DNA from: Octopus vulgaris
Taxonomy: Eukaryota
Assembly: GCA_951406725.2 (NCBI GenBank)
Contig: OX597819.1
Span: 9,300,001-9,364,000, forward strand
DNA: 64,000 bases
Direction: 5' to 3'
Each line of letters starts with the position of its first letter. Within the stretch, counting starts at the first letter, position 1. Positions 50,307 through 63,406 of this stretch are shown in pieces. Made by a program: the position numbers and the translations under genes. Under the pieces are notes generated by a model. The model did not search any database. It saw only the letters and a list, made by a program, of their open reading frames with translations, and was not told the origin of the DNA.

Positions 50307-51084
50307 CGAGCTGGCAGAAACGTTAGCACGTCGGGCGAAATGCTTAGCGGTATTTCATCTGCCGTTACGTTGTGAGTTCAAATTCCGCCGAGGTCGACTT
50401 TGCCTTTCATCCTTTCGAGGTCGATAAATTAAGTACAGGTAACGCACTGGGGTCGATGTAATCGATTTAATCCCTCTGTCTGTCCTTGTTTGTCCCCTCT
50501 GTGTTTAGCCCCTTGTGGGTAATAAAGAAATAGGTATTTCGTCTGCCGTTACGTTGTGAGTTCAAATTCCGCCGAGGTCGACTTTGCCTTTCATCCTTTC
50601 GGGGTCGATAAATTAAGTACAGGTAACGCACTGGGGTCGATGTAATCGATTTAATCCCTCTGTCTGTCCTTGTTTGTCCCCTCTGTGTTTAGCCCCTTGT
50701 GGGTAATAAAGAAATAGGTATTTCGTCTGCCGTTACGTTGTGAGTTCAAATTCCGCCGAGGTCGACTTTGCCTTTCATCCTTTCGGGGTCGATAAATTAA
50801 GTACAGGTAACGCACTGGGGTCGATGTAATCGATTTAATCCCTCTGTCTGTCCTTGTTTGTCCCCTCTGTGTTTAGCCCCTTGTGGGTAATAAAGAAATA
50901 GGTATTTCGTCTGCCGTTACGTTGTGAGTTCAAATTCCGCCGAGGTCGACTTTGCCTTTCATCCTTTCGGGGTCGATAAATTAAGTACAGGTAACGCACT
51001 GGAGTCGATGTAATCGATTTAATCCCTCTGTCTGTCCTTGTTTGTCCCCTCTGTGTTTAGCCCCTTGTGGGTAATAAAGAAATA
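50307..51084 (+). mobile_element. SINE-B concatemer, four 184-bp units
   Basis: aataaagaaata at 50521, 50705, 50889 and 51073. Confidence 0.93.
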
Positions 51085-51382
51085 TATTTTGATTTTATTC
51101 TCCCAAGGTCTGCTATTCCTCGTAACCTAGTTTGATGGAATTCATCCTTCTTCAAAGTTAAATATGTGGAAGCACTTGGACTTATAATTGCAAGCTAACG
51201 CGACACTCGTTAATTATACTGTGCTCCTGGTGGCAGAACTAAGTTGAGAAAAATAGCAACAACCTCTGACTAGATGTCTTACAGAATATGATTTCGTATT
51301 TCTAAATTCAAAACTCAAATCTCCGGATAGATTTTAAAGTTATTCATCTGAGGTCAATAAAATAAGTAACAGTTACATATTT

Positions 51383-51597
51383 TTTATTTCTTTATTGCCC
51401 ACAGGGGGCTAAACATAGAGGAGACAAACAAGGACAAAGGGATTACGTCGATTACATCGACCCCAGTGCATAACTGGTACTTATTTAATCGACCCCGAAA
51501 GGATGAAAGGCAAAGTCGACCTCGGCGGAATTTGAACTCAGAACGTAACCGCTAAGCATTTTGCCCCGCGTGCTAACGATTCAGCCAGCTCGCCACC
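51383..51597 (-). mobile_element. SINE-B
   Basis: Family match. Confidence 0.85.
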
Positions 51598-52039
51598 CTT
51601 ATGTATCAGTTACATATTGAGGTCGGGCTAATCGACTGTTATCCTATCTTAAGAAATACAAGCTTTGTGTCAAAGAAAATATCAATTTTAACCAAGCAAC
51701 CAAGAGAAATAATTTTCATGAACGTAGAGCGTATTATTGTTTGTTTTTATCCAGTCGTATCTTTAGGTGGGTATAACTTCTTCTCCTTGCACCGTTATAC
51801 CATTTACCATGTGGTGTAATCTTTGGCACAGTACCAGACCAAACGATTGTGAGAGTAAAACTACTCAGCAATCCAAAATAATGATATTGCCATTAGGAAA
51901 GCAACTTAACACTTGAACTGTTTCTTGATTTACGAGAAATGTAGAGAAGAAATTATTGAAGAACTTTGGCGGAGACGGAGGCGGTGTCTGATATAAAAAT
52001 AATTCTGAAGAAGGAAGTCAGAAAATACACACCCACCAA

Positions 52040-52069
52040 AACACACAGACACAAACATAAACACACGCA

Positions 52070-52125
<56 letters not shown>

Positions 52126-52478
52126 AACATATGTATATATCTTTACATATTCCTGTATGTATGTGTGTATGTATGTATGTATGTATGTATGTATGTATGT
52201 ATGTATGTATGTATGTATGTATGTGTGTGTGTATGTATGTATGTGTGTGTGTATGTATGTATGTATGTATGTATGTATGTATGTATGCATTGTATGTATG
52301 TATGTATGTATGTGTATGTATGTATGTATGTATGTATGTATGTATGTATGTATGTATGTATGTATGTATGTATGTATGTGTGTGTGTTTATGTATGTATG
52401 TATGTATGTATGTATGTATGTATGTGTATGTATGTATGTATGTATGTATGTATGCATGCATGTATGTGTGTGTATGTA

Positions 52479-52509
<31 letters not shown>

Positions 52510-52534
52510 ATGTATGTATGTATGTATGTATGTA

Positions 52535-52565
<31 letters not shown>

Positions 52566-52598
52566 ATGTATGTATGTATGTATGTATGTATGTATGTA

Positions 52599-52633
<35 letters not shown>

Positions 52634-53060
52634 ATGTATGTATGTATGTATGTATGTATGTATGTGTGTGTGTGTATGTATGTATGTATGTATGTATGTA
52701 TGTATGTATGTATGTATGTATGTATGTATGTATGTATGTATGTATGTGTGTGTGTATGTATGTATGTATGTATGTATGTATGTATGTATGTACACATGTA
52801 TGTATGTATGTATGTATGTATGTATGTATGTATGCATGTGTGTATGTATGTATGTATGTATGTATGTATGTATGTATGCACACATGTGTGTGTATGTATG
52901 TATGTATGTATGTATGTATGTATGTATGTATGTATGTATGTATGTATGTATGTATGTATGTATGTATGTATGTATGTATGTGTGTGTATGTATGTATGTA
53001 TGTATGTATGTATGTATGTATGTATGTATGTATGTATGTATTCATGCATGTAGGTATGTA

Positions 53061-53091
<31 letters not shown>

Positions 53092-53103
53092 GTGTGTATG
53101 TAT
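52040..53103. repeat. (CA)n followed by ~950-bp (TATG)n microsatellite
   Basis: Directly visible. Confidence 0.97.
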
Positions 53104-53463
53104 ACCACCTTTATTAGAACGCACTGTGACTAATGCTATTGAAGAATACACACACATGCACTTCGATATTATGTATAATCACTAACAAATAAACATATTT
53201 TATTCTCTCTTTCATGAAATTTCAAATTTCTTCCAACACACTCGACACATTTTTACTTAACAGTTGCTAAATAGAACTCGTCTGTCGCTACGTTCTGAGT
53301 TCAAATTCTGCTGAGATCGACTTTGCCTTTCCTCTTTTCGGGGTCGATTAAATAAGTACCAGTTACGCACTGGGGTTAATCTAATCGACTTCATTCCTTC
53401 CCCATATTTGAGGCCTTGTGCTTCCAGTAGAAATAATGATAATAATAATAATAATAATAATAA

Positions 53464-53515
<52 letters not shown>

Positions 53516-53549
53516 CATTATTATTATTATTATCATTATTATTATTATT

Positions 53550-54520
53550 GAGTGAGTGAGAGAGCAGCGCATGCCATCAAAATGACGAAGCCCAATATAC
53601 CCATCATAACTACCTGTCTGATAAGGATAAACCAGGCACATGCATCACAACAGTATGTGCGCAACATGGTAATCTCATATCAAAATAAACAGCGCATGAC
53701 CTTGCAGGTGGGGCCCAGTTAGAATTTTCTTCAGGCCGAGTAGCCCATCTCACTCAAAAAGTCCCTGAATAAGGTTTGTTTAAGCATGTTGAACGAAACA
53801 ACCATGTTTCCAGAGGTGTATTATCCAAACCTCAAAGAATTCCTCTCCACACATGGCTATGATGTTTCCCCCATCTCTTCTGCTCGTGACAGGAGATACG
53901 CATATCGTCAGCTACCAAGGGACATGCTCAACTGGTTATGGTCAAACAACTGACAAGCAAACTTGTGGTATTGACCAGAACACTGGAAATGTACTGCGGT
54001 GTCAGCTGTTCGCTACCAGTGAACTAAGGGAACATCCTTTATTTTTCAAGCATCTACCAGTGCTATTTTCAACAAGTGCACCATCATTATTGCAACCCCT
54101 ATTTATTCCACGTACTTCTCGAGACTTTTGTTCACTCTTCCTAGGACTCCTACAATTATTGGTACTGCTGCTACCTTTATCATCGACCACAACTGCTTAA
54201 CTTCCCCAGCTAACCTGTCATATCTCTCAACTTTTCTTTCTCCCTTATTGCATACCTTTTGGTCAGCTGGGAATGCTATATCTATGATCCAGCATACTTT
54301 GTTTACTTTCTCAATTAAGACTATGTCTGGCTTCCTATTCTCTATCTCATGGTCGCACTGAATCATAAAATCCCATAGGATCTTTGCATTTTTATTTTCG
54401 ACGATGCCTTCGAGTTTCTGGTCGTAACAATTTTTTGCTCTATCAAGTCCATACTTGTTGCAAAGTGTCCAATGGCATGCCTGGCTATATGGTCGTGGCG
54501 TCATTATACCCCTTCTGGGC
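53550..54520 (-). mobile_element. R4/Dong-clade non-LTR retrotransposon 3' end (restriction-like endonuclease plus 3' UTR)
   Basis: ILWDFMIQCDHEIENRKPDIVLIEK..CWIIDIAFP..KVERYDRL..VPIIVGVLG; flanked by (TAA)n. Confidence 0.88.
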
Positions 54521-54582
<62 letters not shown>

Positions 54583-54885
54583 GAGTGAGAGAGCAGTGCA
54601 TGCCATCAAGGTGACACTGGGGTAAAATGTACGAAGCCCAGTATACTCATCATGACTACCCGTCTGATAAGGGTACACCAGGCACATGCATCACAACCAT
54701 ATGTGCGCGACATGGTGATCTCATATCAAGATAAACAGCGCATGACCTTGCAGGTGGGGCCCAGTTAGAATTTTCTTCTGGTTGAGTAGCCCATCCCGCT
54801 CAAAAGGTCCCTGAATAAAGGTTGTTTAAGAATGTTGAACAAAGCACCCATGCTTCCAAAGGTGAATTATACAAACCTCTAAGAA
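54583..54885 (-). mobile_element. Second R4/Dong-like 3' UTR fragment
   Basis: Paralogous to 53550-53840; flanked by TAA/TCA repeats. Confidence 0.85.
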
Positions 54886-54901
54886 TTTTATTATTATTAT
54901 T

Positions 54902-54939
<38 letters not shown>

Positions 54940-55458
54940 TATTATTATTATTATTATTATCATTATCATCATCATCATCATCATCATCATCAATGAATAT
55001 TCGGAAGAAAATGTTTTTACTTCCAGTAGAACTAATTCACTTGTTTTCCTAAATTTCTAACATATTAAATAACTTGAGATAATGAACGTTCGTGAAATAT
55101 CTCCTCTGTAGAAGACGATATCTGAACTTTATTTATCATTTGCGTGCCAGGCAAATAACACTTTTCTAGAAATGGCTTCAGAAATAGTTGGATCTGTGAT
55201 AGTATCGAGATTATACCGTCCTACAAGCAACAGGTTACTGGACGCTGACCCGCCACTTCCAATATGGTGATTCTTCCGCGATTAAATTAGCAAACTCGGT
55301 AAACTAGGATTAATGAGATGTATTGCACTGAATTGATTTTATTGAATAACGAACGTGCAAGTAGGAATTACGGGGCCAACAGACAAATTCCTCTCAAAAT
55401 TACATCCTAGCCTCTTAAAAGAAAAAGAGAAAAAAACATTAAATAATGTAGTAGTGGA

Positions 55459-55840
55459 TGGAAGCACTCCGTCGGTTATGACGACGAGGGTTCCGGTTGA
55501 TCCGACCAACGGAACAGCCTGCTCGTGAAATTAACGTGTATGTGGCTGAGCACTCCACAGACACGTGTACCCTTAACGTAGTTCTCGGGGATATTCAGCG
55601 TGACACAGAGAGTGACAAGGCCGGCCCTTTGAAATACAGGTACAACAGAAACAGGAAGTAAGAGTGAGAGAAAGTTGTGGTGAAAGAGTACAGCAGGGAT
55701 CACCACCATCCCTGCCGGAGCCTCGTGGAGCTTTAGGTGTTTTCGCTCAATAAACACTCACAACGCCCGGTCTGGGAATCGAAACCGCGATCCTACGACC
55801 GCGAGTCCGCTGCCCTAACCACTGGGCCATTGCGCCTCCA
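55459..55840 (-). mobile_element. SINE-A
   Basis: Family match. Confidence 0.92.
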
Positions 55841-56189
55841 CAACAACAATTACTACTACTATTATATTGCTTTCAACATTTGGCACAAGGCCAGCACTTT
55901 CGACCCTTGGTTGAATTTTTAACTCAGAACAAAAAGACGGATAAAATGCCGCTAAGCATTTTGCCCACCGTGCTAATGATTCTGCCAGCTTATCGCCATT
56001 ACTATATTAATGGAGAAATTAGTTCAGACTAGAAGTGACTCATAGCAAAGATGAAGTTGTTGACATAATAGAGAAAAAACATAGTACTTCACAATGTTTC
56101 ATTGCTTGACATGTTTTATTAAATCCTTGAGGTTAATTTGTCATTTTGCTCAAGACAAGGCACGTTGATTAAGGTTGAGAGAGATTCCT

Positions 56190-56602
56190 TTTATTCTTTT
56201 CTTTTTATTCTTTTACTTGTTTCAGTCATTTGACTGTGGCCATGCTGGAGCACCGCCTTTAGTCGAGCAAATCGACCCCAGGACTTATCCTTTGTAAGCC
56301 CAGTACTTATTCTATCGGTCTCTTTTGCCGAACCGCTAAGTGACGGAAACCTAACAACACCGGTTGTCAAGTGGTGGTGGGGGCAAACACCGACACAAAG
56401 ACATATATATACACATACATATATATATATATATACATATATACGACGGACTTCTTTCAGTTTCCGTCTACCAAATCCACTCACAAGGCATTGGTCGGCC
56501 CGAGGCTATAGCAGAAAACACTTGCTCAGGTGCCACGCAGTGGGTGAACCAGAACCATGTGGTTGGTAAGCAAGCTACTTACCACACAGCCACTCCTGCG
56601 CT
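56190..56602 (-). mobile_element. SINE-C variant
   Basis: Family match; its body is partly duplicated at 56690-56900. Confidence 0.88.
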
Positions 56603-56921
56603 ATAATATTCGATGGACGTAGGTGACAGAGGCTGGGCGTGGTATTGCATCCAAGATGTGTGAGGATAGCTTCTATCTTTTTCTATCATTAGACTGCGGC
56701 CATGCTATGGTACTGCCCTGGTGAATTTTAATTGAATGAATAGACCCCGTTACTTTTTTTATTTTTGTAAAGCTTGACTCCTATTCTATCGTTCTTTTTT
56801 GCTGAACCACTAAGTTACGGAAACCTAACAACACCGGTTGTCAAGTGGTGGTGGGGGCAAACACCGACACAAAGACATATATATACACACACATACATAT
56901 ATAGATATATATGTATATATA

Positions 56922-57080
56922 TGCGGAAGACCTCCACGACAGTGGAGTGACGATTTTAAGAGGACGATTGGGATCACGTGGATGAGAAAGGCGCGATCCA
57001 GAGAGGAGTGGACAGCGTGCTGTGACAGCGGTGTCAAATGGACGCCTGACGGACTGGTCGGTCAAAGTGATCAAAGTGAT
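56922..57080 (+). mobile_element. RTE-clade LINE extreme 3' end
   Basis: GRPPRQWSDDF...WMRKARSREEW, followed by a (caaagtgat)2 tail. Confidence 0.7.
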
Positions 57081-57244
57081 GTATATATATGTATATGTGT
57101 ATACATAAGCCTTCGCCTATATTTAGTAAGACTTTTTGTAACTTTCGTGTGCTTAGTGAGAAACATCGATAAACTAGCTTTGATTAATGCACTGTAAATA
57201 TCTATTGAACAGAAATATTCGTTTGCTAAAACGAAACATATATC

Positions 57245-57645
57245 TTTTACCTTTAGCTTTTATTTGTTTCAGTTATTGGAGTCCGTCCATACTGGAAGAT
57301 CTTGAAGAGTTCACCCGACCAAATCGACTCTAGTACTTTCTTTTAAGACTGGTCCTCATTCTGTCGGTATTTTTCCGAACCGCTATTTTGTGGGGATGTA
57401 AAAAAACTAATACCGGTTGTCAATCATTGCTTGGTGACAAACATAAACACAAAGAAATACGAATAGAAATATGCATACACACATATATATATACGATGGG
57501 TTTCTTCCAGTTTCCATCTACCAAATCCAGTTACAAGTCGTTACGGGGCTATAGTAGGGGGCCTTGCTCAAAGATCCACGTAACAGGACTGAACCCAAGG
57601 TCACATGGTTGGGAAGCAAACTCCTTAACGACGGTGCCTGCGCCT
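57245..57645 (-). mobile_element. Old diverged SINE-C
   Basis: Degenerate family match. Confidence 0.7.
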
Positions 57646-57997
57646 GAATTTGCAAGAAAAAAAGGAAGAACTATTAAAGTTAGGCTATTTTAATGAAACA
57701 ATAATTATGGTGTAACCGCCCTCCAATTTCAAATCTAATTCCAGCCACATATTTTCATTCATGCCTCCGGCCTACGACGATTCCCAGACGCAGTTAATAG
57801 TCTCTAGGAGGGATGGGCTTCTTTAGGTTGACCACTCTACTTGACATACTACTTTGCTTCTTGACGATGGAGTCTTTACTATAAGGAGAAAATAAAGGAA
57901 GAAGGTATTTTCAATAATAGATGATGTATTTATGTGTATAAATGTCTCTCGTCATGTTAAGGTTAGGTTTACGTGAGTGTATGTGTGTGTGTGTGTT

Positions 57998-58148
57998 ATT
58001 TATTAAAGCCGAAAAAATCTGCAACGACTGTTTCTCAGAGTTTCACGTGACCGTTCATCACCGGACACTTGCGATATCATCGTTAATGTCCGACGAATAG
58101 TCACGTGAAACTGTAACAGTTTGTGAAGATTATTTTGGCCTTAATAAA
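57998..58148. repeat. Imperfect fold-back with decayed hammerhead-like arms
   Basis: agtttcacgtgac/gtcacgtgaaact and ttattaaagccgaaa/ttttggccttaataa pairings. Confidence 0.7.
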
Positions 58149-58230
58149 TGCCATATTACTCTATCTTTCATAGTCGAGTACTATTTTCCCCCACCTTGTT
58201 TTGAATTTATGTGCTTACTCTTGTATCTGT

Positions 58231-58277
<47 letters not shown>

Positions 58278-58435
58278 CGTGTGTGTGTATGTGCGCGCGC
58301 GCGTGTATGTGTGTGTCCCACCTCTTTCTTGTCTTTTGTAACTAACGATATTTCCCATCGTTACCGCAGTGCTGAATTCCCGTGTTTTAACTTTTCTGCC
58401 TCTCACTGCTCATCTTTAACCTGCCATTTATTGGG

Positions 58436-58665
58436 ACGGCGAGCTGGCAGAAACGTTAGCAAGCCGGTCTAAATGCTTTGTGTTATTTCGTCCGCTGCTG
58501 CGTTCTGAGTTCAAATTCCGCCGAGGTCGACTTTGCCTTTCATCCTTTCGGGGTCGATAAGTTAAGTACCAGTTAGACACTGGGGTCGATGTAATCGACT
58601 TAATCCGTTTGTCTGTCCTTGTTTTGTCCCCTCTATGTTCAGCCCCTTGTGGGAAATAAAGAAAA
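58436..58665 (+). mobile_element. SINE-B
   Basis: Family match. Confidence 0.88.
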
Positions 58666-59121
58666 AAAAAATTATATACATTACTCTTTGCTTTCTTACT
58701 CTTTTTTTCTCTTCCTTTTTTTAAATATTTTTTGTCATTTTATCTACCAGCATTTCTTTCAACTCTCTTCTATCTTTCCTCTTCGTCTCTTGAACCTTTT
58801 TTTCCTTTTTAATATCGATTCTTATTAAGGCGATGGACTGGCTGGATTATTGTCGTGCCGGCTAAAATATTTAGCCGACATTTTGACGTTCTGAGATGAA
58901 ATCGTGCCGAGGTCGACTTTGCTTTTCCTCCTCTTTCTTCCGTTCTTTCACAACCATTTTTAAAATTAACTTTAATTCAAGTCAGTGTTTGTGGATATGA
59001 GATCAAATCTACTGTTAGGACCATATGTAACTTTCACTTTTATCACCAATTCCCTACACGTGAATAAAAACTGAATTGCCGAAACGGCGCGCATTCTCTC
59101 CTGATGACCCCATGCACTTGC

Positions 59122-59350
59122 TGGCGAGCTGGCAGAAACGTTAGCACGCCGGGCGAAATGCGTAGCCGTATTTCGTCTGTCGTTACGTTCTGAGTTCAAA
59201 TTCCGCCGAGGTCGACTTTGCCTTTCATCCTTTCGGGGTCGATAAATTAAGTACCAGTTTCCCACTGGAGTCGATGTAATCGATTTAATTTCTTTGTCTG
59301 TCCTTGATTGTCCCCTCTGTGTTTAGCCCCTTGTGGGTAGTAAAGAAATA
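59122..59350 (+). mobile_element. SINE-B
   Basis: Family match. Confidence 0.9.
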
Positions 59351-59619
59351 GGTATACGGAGCTTTTAACTGGTAGCACTTGCATGTGCAAGTTGTTTGCA
59401 AGACATTTTAAAGAGATCGAAGAAACGAGGTTTTATACGTAAGTGCAATTGCTAGGTAAACGAAAAACTCAAACGGTTTCCAAATATGAACACAATTCGA
59501 ATGCAAGACAAGAAAAAGTAAACAGAAAAAAAGAAAGCATAAGAAAAAAGGAAACTGAAAAAACAACGTATAGTAAGAATGGAATAGATGGAAACAAACA
59601 ATGCACATAAAGAACAAGC

Positions 59620-61150
59620 ATGCCAGAAGTCTCTAGTAGTTGTTGGAGTCTGAGTTCATCTTGGAGATTCGAGTTGCCATTGATGGAAAGAAAAGGCCCT
59701 CTGGAGACTTACACGCTATTTTGTTGCACCTGACTGTTATGAAGTTGCTAATCTTCATGTGTGGAGATAATTATTGCAAAGAGAGTACAACCCGGGGCAA
59801 GACTGTCAGCAATATAGATGAGACTCATAGATCTTACCTTGCAATGCAGTATTACATTCTTTATGTGAATGGCATGGCTGGATATTACTTTGGAATGTCA
59901 CAGACAAATTTCTCAATACGTTCGTAAACTTCTAATCCTATCACTGCATGCTTAGAGACAATTGATTCAACTACTTATATCGAAGTCAAGCCCTCTTCTT
60001 CTACTGGGCTACATTTGATATGTTTGCTACGATACAGCATGAAAGACTGTGTTCGATTAAGACATAAAAAAAGAGCCAAGATTACACCACTGTATACATT
60101 TATGAGACGCATTCAGTAATGATGTTGCCGGAGAGAGCTTGGTTAGCTTTGCATTCTTCTTTCAAGTGTACCAATTGCCCTCAGTGAATGTACTAGCGAA
60201 CATAGGATACAATGATATATGAGCACCACTTTACTCACCCGAAATTTTTTAGCAATTTTAACAGCAAATCTAAATAGAAAAAATATCAAAAAGTGATCCT
60301 TCCAGACAAAACATACATTCACGGGCGTGACTTTATAGACAGGGTTTTCCACATAAAGCTCTTAAAGAATGTAGATTTGATTATCAAGAGTCAAATGTTT
60401 AGACCGGTAACGTTTCACGTGTACAAAATAAAGTGGCAAAATGGGCGTTAGCCACATGTGCAATCAAATTGGTTCTGTCCTATTGGTAAACCTGTCAGAC
60501 CTTGACAGACACTAAGTACCCTGCAATATAATTAAGACTTCAGTGGTTTATGATCTTTGCATGGAAGACAACATCATTCATGAAGGTGACTCAAGTAGTT
60601 GAAGATGCCCATTCCCCTTACAAAGAAGAGTAATATAAGATGGAGACTTCTGAGCTTTGTTTGTTACTCTCTTTTACTCTTTTACTCTTTTACTTGTTTC
60701 AGTCATTTGACTGCGGCCATGCTGGAGCACCGCCTTTAGTCGAGCAATGTTGGTACGAAATTGTCAAGAAATAAGTAGTTCCCTACTGTCCACACCTGAC
60801 CAAGACATTTAATGGACACATTAACGCTGAGTTATACAAATTAATAAACTCCATTGAATTACTTACGCTACAAACTTTTGCTCTGACGAAGTAAAACAGA
60901 TGTAAAGTTACCTAACTCCAGCAGGGGCAATACATCAGCAACAATAAGGCTTTCTGGCACTTTTTTGTTTTCCCCACTCATGAACGATATTCCAGCAGTC
61001 AAAATTTTGCTGTCTATTAGGAATATGCCAATCAGTTTGCTTCATTCTAGAAACTGCTTCACAGGAAACGTAGCATTCAAGGAATACAAAACTTTTTAAA
61101 TTGTGTTGGTATGAGCCCATTGTAAAAACAATGTTATACGATCAGGTCTA
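59620..61150 (+). pseudogene. Helitron RepHel (Rep region) pseudogene
   Basis: Collinear decayed motifs: IDETHRSYLAMQY, DMFATIQHERL, RDFIDRVFHIKL, YKIKWQNGR*PHVQ (cf. IEWQKRGLPHAH), VVPYCPHLTKTFNGHINAE, QGQYISNNKAFW...FPTHERY; SINE-C tail inserted at 60665-60747. Confidence 0.85.
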
Positions 61151-61161
61151 TTGTTATACAG

Positions 61162-61545
61162 TGGAGGCGCAATGGCCCAGTGGTTAGGGCAGCGGACTCG
61201 CGGTCATAGGATCGCGGTTTCGATTCCCAGACCGGGCGTTGTGAGTGTTTATTGAGCGAAAACACCTAAAGCTCCACGAGGCTCCGGCAGGGGATGGTGG
61301 TGATCCCTGCTGTACTCTTTCACCACAACTTTCTCTCACTCTTACTTCCTGTTTCTGTTGTACCTGTATTTCAAAGGGCCGGCCTTGTCACTCTCTGTGT
61401 CACGCTGAATATCCCCGAGAACTACGTTAAGGGTGCACGTGTCTGTGGAGTGCTCAGCCACTTACACGTTAATTTCACGAGCAGGCTGTTCCGTTGATTC
61501 GGATCAACCGGAACCCTCGTCGTCGTAACCGACGGAGTGCTTCCA
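61162..61545 (+). mobile_element. SINE-A full length
   Basis: Family match; TSD attgttatacagt. Confidence 0.93.
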
Positions 61546-62022
61546 TTCCATTGTTATACAGTCTTCAGCTAAACTTTAAAAGGATCCAAATAATGCTGGC
61601 GTTTAATTTAGATCATCTACGGCTATGCAGTAAGATAAGACCAATAGCTACGAAGCTTATACAACGTATCATCAAGACTACTAATGTTATTGAATACACC
61701 AATGGAAAGAATGCAATTGTACAATTTTACTCATCAGTTCAAACGTTAGAGCTGTTTTAACTGTTGTTACTTTTCTCGAAAATATGGACTCATGACACCC
61801 AGCTTTTGGGTTCGTCATTGGGAATGACATTGTAATTTAACTCCTTACATTGAATGTGATCCCAAAACATAAGCATTTGCTTCAATTTAAACTGACAGAT
61901 TGCTGAAATAACCCGCTATTAAATTTATTTTCTCTCATAAGCAAAACAGCAGACAAGTTTAACAAAATATTAGATTTCTTCACAATAGAAATCTTATCTT
62001 TCTAAAAGGTTCAGCCGATCGA

Positions 62023-62141
62023 TGTGTGTGTGTGTATGTTTGTGTGTGTGTGTGTGTGCGTGTGTATGTGTGTTTGTGTGTGTGTGCGTGTGTGTGTGTA
62101 TGTGTGTGTTTGTGTGTGCGTGTGTATGTGTGTGTATGCGT

Positions 62142-62236
<95 letters not shown>
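62023..62236. repeat. (TG)n microsatellite
   Basis: Directly visible. Confidence 0.95.
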
Positions 62237-62237
<1 letters not shown>

Positions 62238-62805
62238 AAGAGGGGACTTCCTTGCTGAGAGAATTGGTTGAAGCTCCCTCGATAAGCTAGTTGATTGTGG
62301 TAAAGATGGCTGGAACGTATTTTTCGCGCGTAAAAATTCAGATCAAGGCTAGAATTCCTTTGTTGCCGATACATCTTGGTGTATTTACCTATCTTATAAA
62401 GTGCTGTAGTTAATTGTCCTGAAACATACATCCTTTATAAGTTTTACCCTGCATGTGTGTGCAGATGTGTGTGTGTGTGTGTGCGTGTGTACGTGTATGT
62501 GTGTGTGAGTGTGTGCGTACTTGTACGTGTATGCGACTGCGACGTTATGTATATCTAAACATCATTACATCATAATTTGTTTGACTATTGACATCCGTTC
62601 GCCCAACATCCGGTCGAATTAATTGCTTTACCTGATTTTTGGTTTTTTTTTCTTTTTACATTAATTTTTCCATTCACCAAAACCTCCAAACAAAATTTCT
62701 TTATGCGCATGTTTTAGAAAGACTTCAATCAACACTTTTGTTAAGCTTTCATTCAGTCGCAAAAGCCGCCGGACCCTGTTGTAGTAAGTGGCAGTAATGC
62801 CACTA

Positions 62806-63390
62806 GGCGGCGAGCTGGCAGAAACGTTAGCACGCCGGGCGAAATGCTTAGCGGTATTTCGTCTGTCTTTACGTTGTGAGTTCAAATTCCGCCGAGGTCG
62901 ACTTTGCCTTTCATCCTTTCGGGGTCGATAAATTAAGTACCAGTTACGCACTGGAGTCGATGTAATCGACTTAATACCTATGTCTGTCCTTGTTTGTCCC
63001 CTCTGTGTTTAGCCCTTGTGGGTAGTAAAGAAATAGGTATTTCGTCTGCCGTTACGTTCTGAGTTCAAATTCCGCCGAGGCCGACTTTGCCTTTCATCCT
63101 TTCGGGGTCGATAAATTAAGTACTAGTTACGCACCGGAGTCGATGTAATCGACTTAATACCTATGTCTGTCCTTGTTTGTCCCCTCTGTGTTTAGCTCCT
63201 TGTGGGTAGTAAAGAAATAGGTATTTCGTTTGTCTTTACGTTCTGAGTTCAAATTCCACCGAAGTCGACTTTGCCTTTCATCCTTTTGGGATCGATAAAT
63301 TAAGTACCAGTTGCTCACTGGGTTCGATCTAATCGACTGGGCCCCCTCCCCCAAAAGTTTCTGGCCTTGTGCCTAGAGTAGAAAAGTCTA
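62806..63390 (+). mobile_element. SINE-B trimer (head, body-tail1, body-tail1, body-tail2)
   Basis: Junctions aagaaataggtatttcg; terminal tail gtgcctagagtagaaaag. Confidence 0.9.
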
Positions 63391-63406
63391 TTGACATATC
63401 TTTAAA

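Noticed and set aside
50307-51084. CRISPR-like regular array
   Set aside because: The 184-bp units are wholly repeated with no unique spacers, there are no cas genes, and the context is eukaryotic SINE sequence.
59075-59121. gccgaaac...ctgatga as another hammerhead
   Set aside because: The required stems cannot be formed in any permutation.
60935-61120. Ulp1-protease-like motif (IPNRQQNFDCW) on the minus strand
   Set aside because: The opposite strand matches Helitron Rep motifs collinearly, so this is an antisense coincidence.
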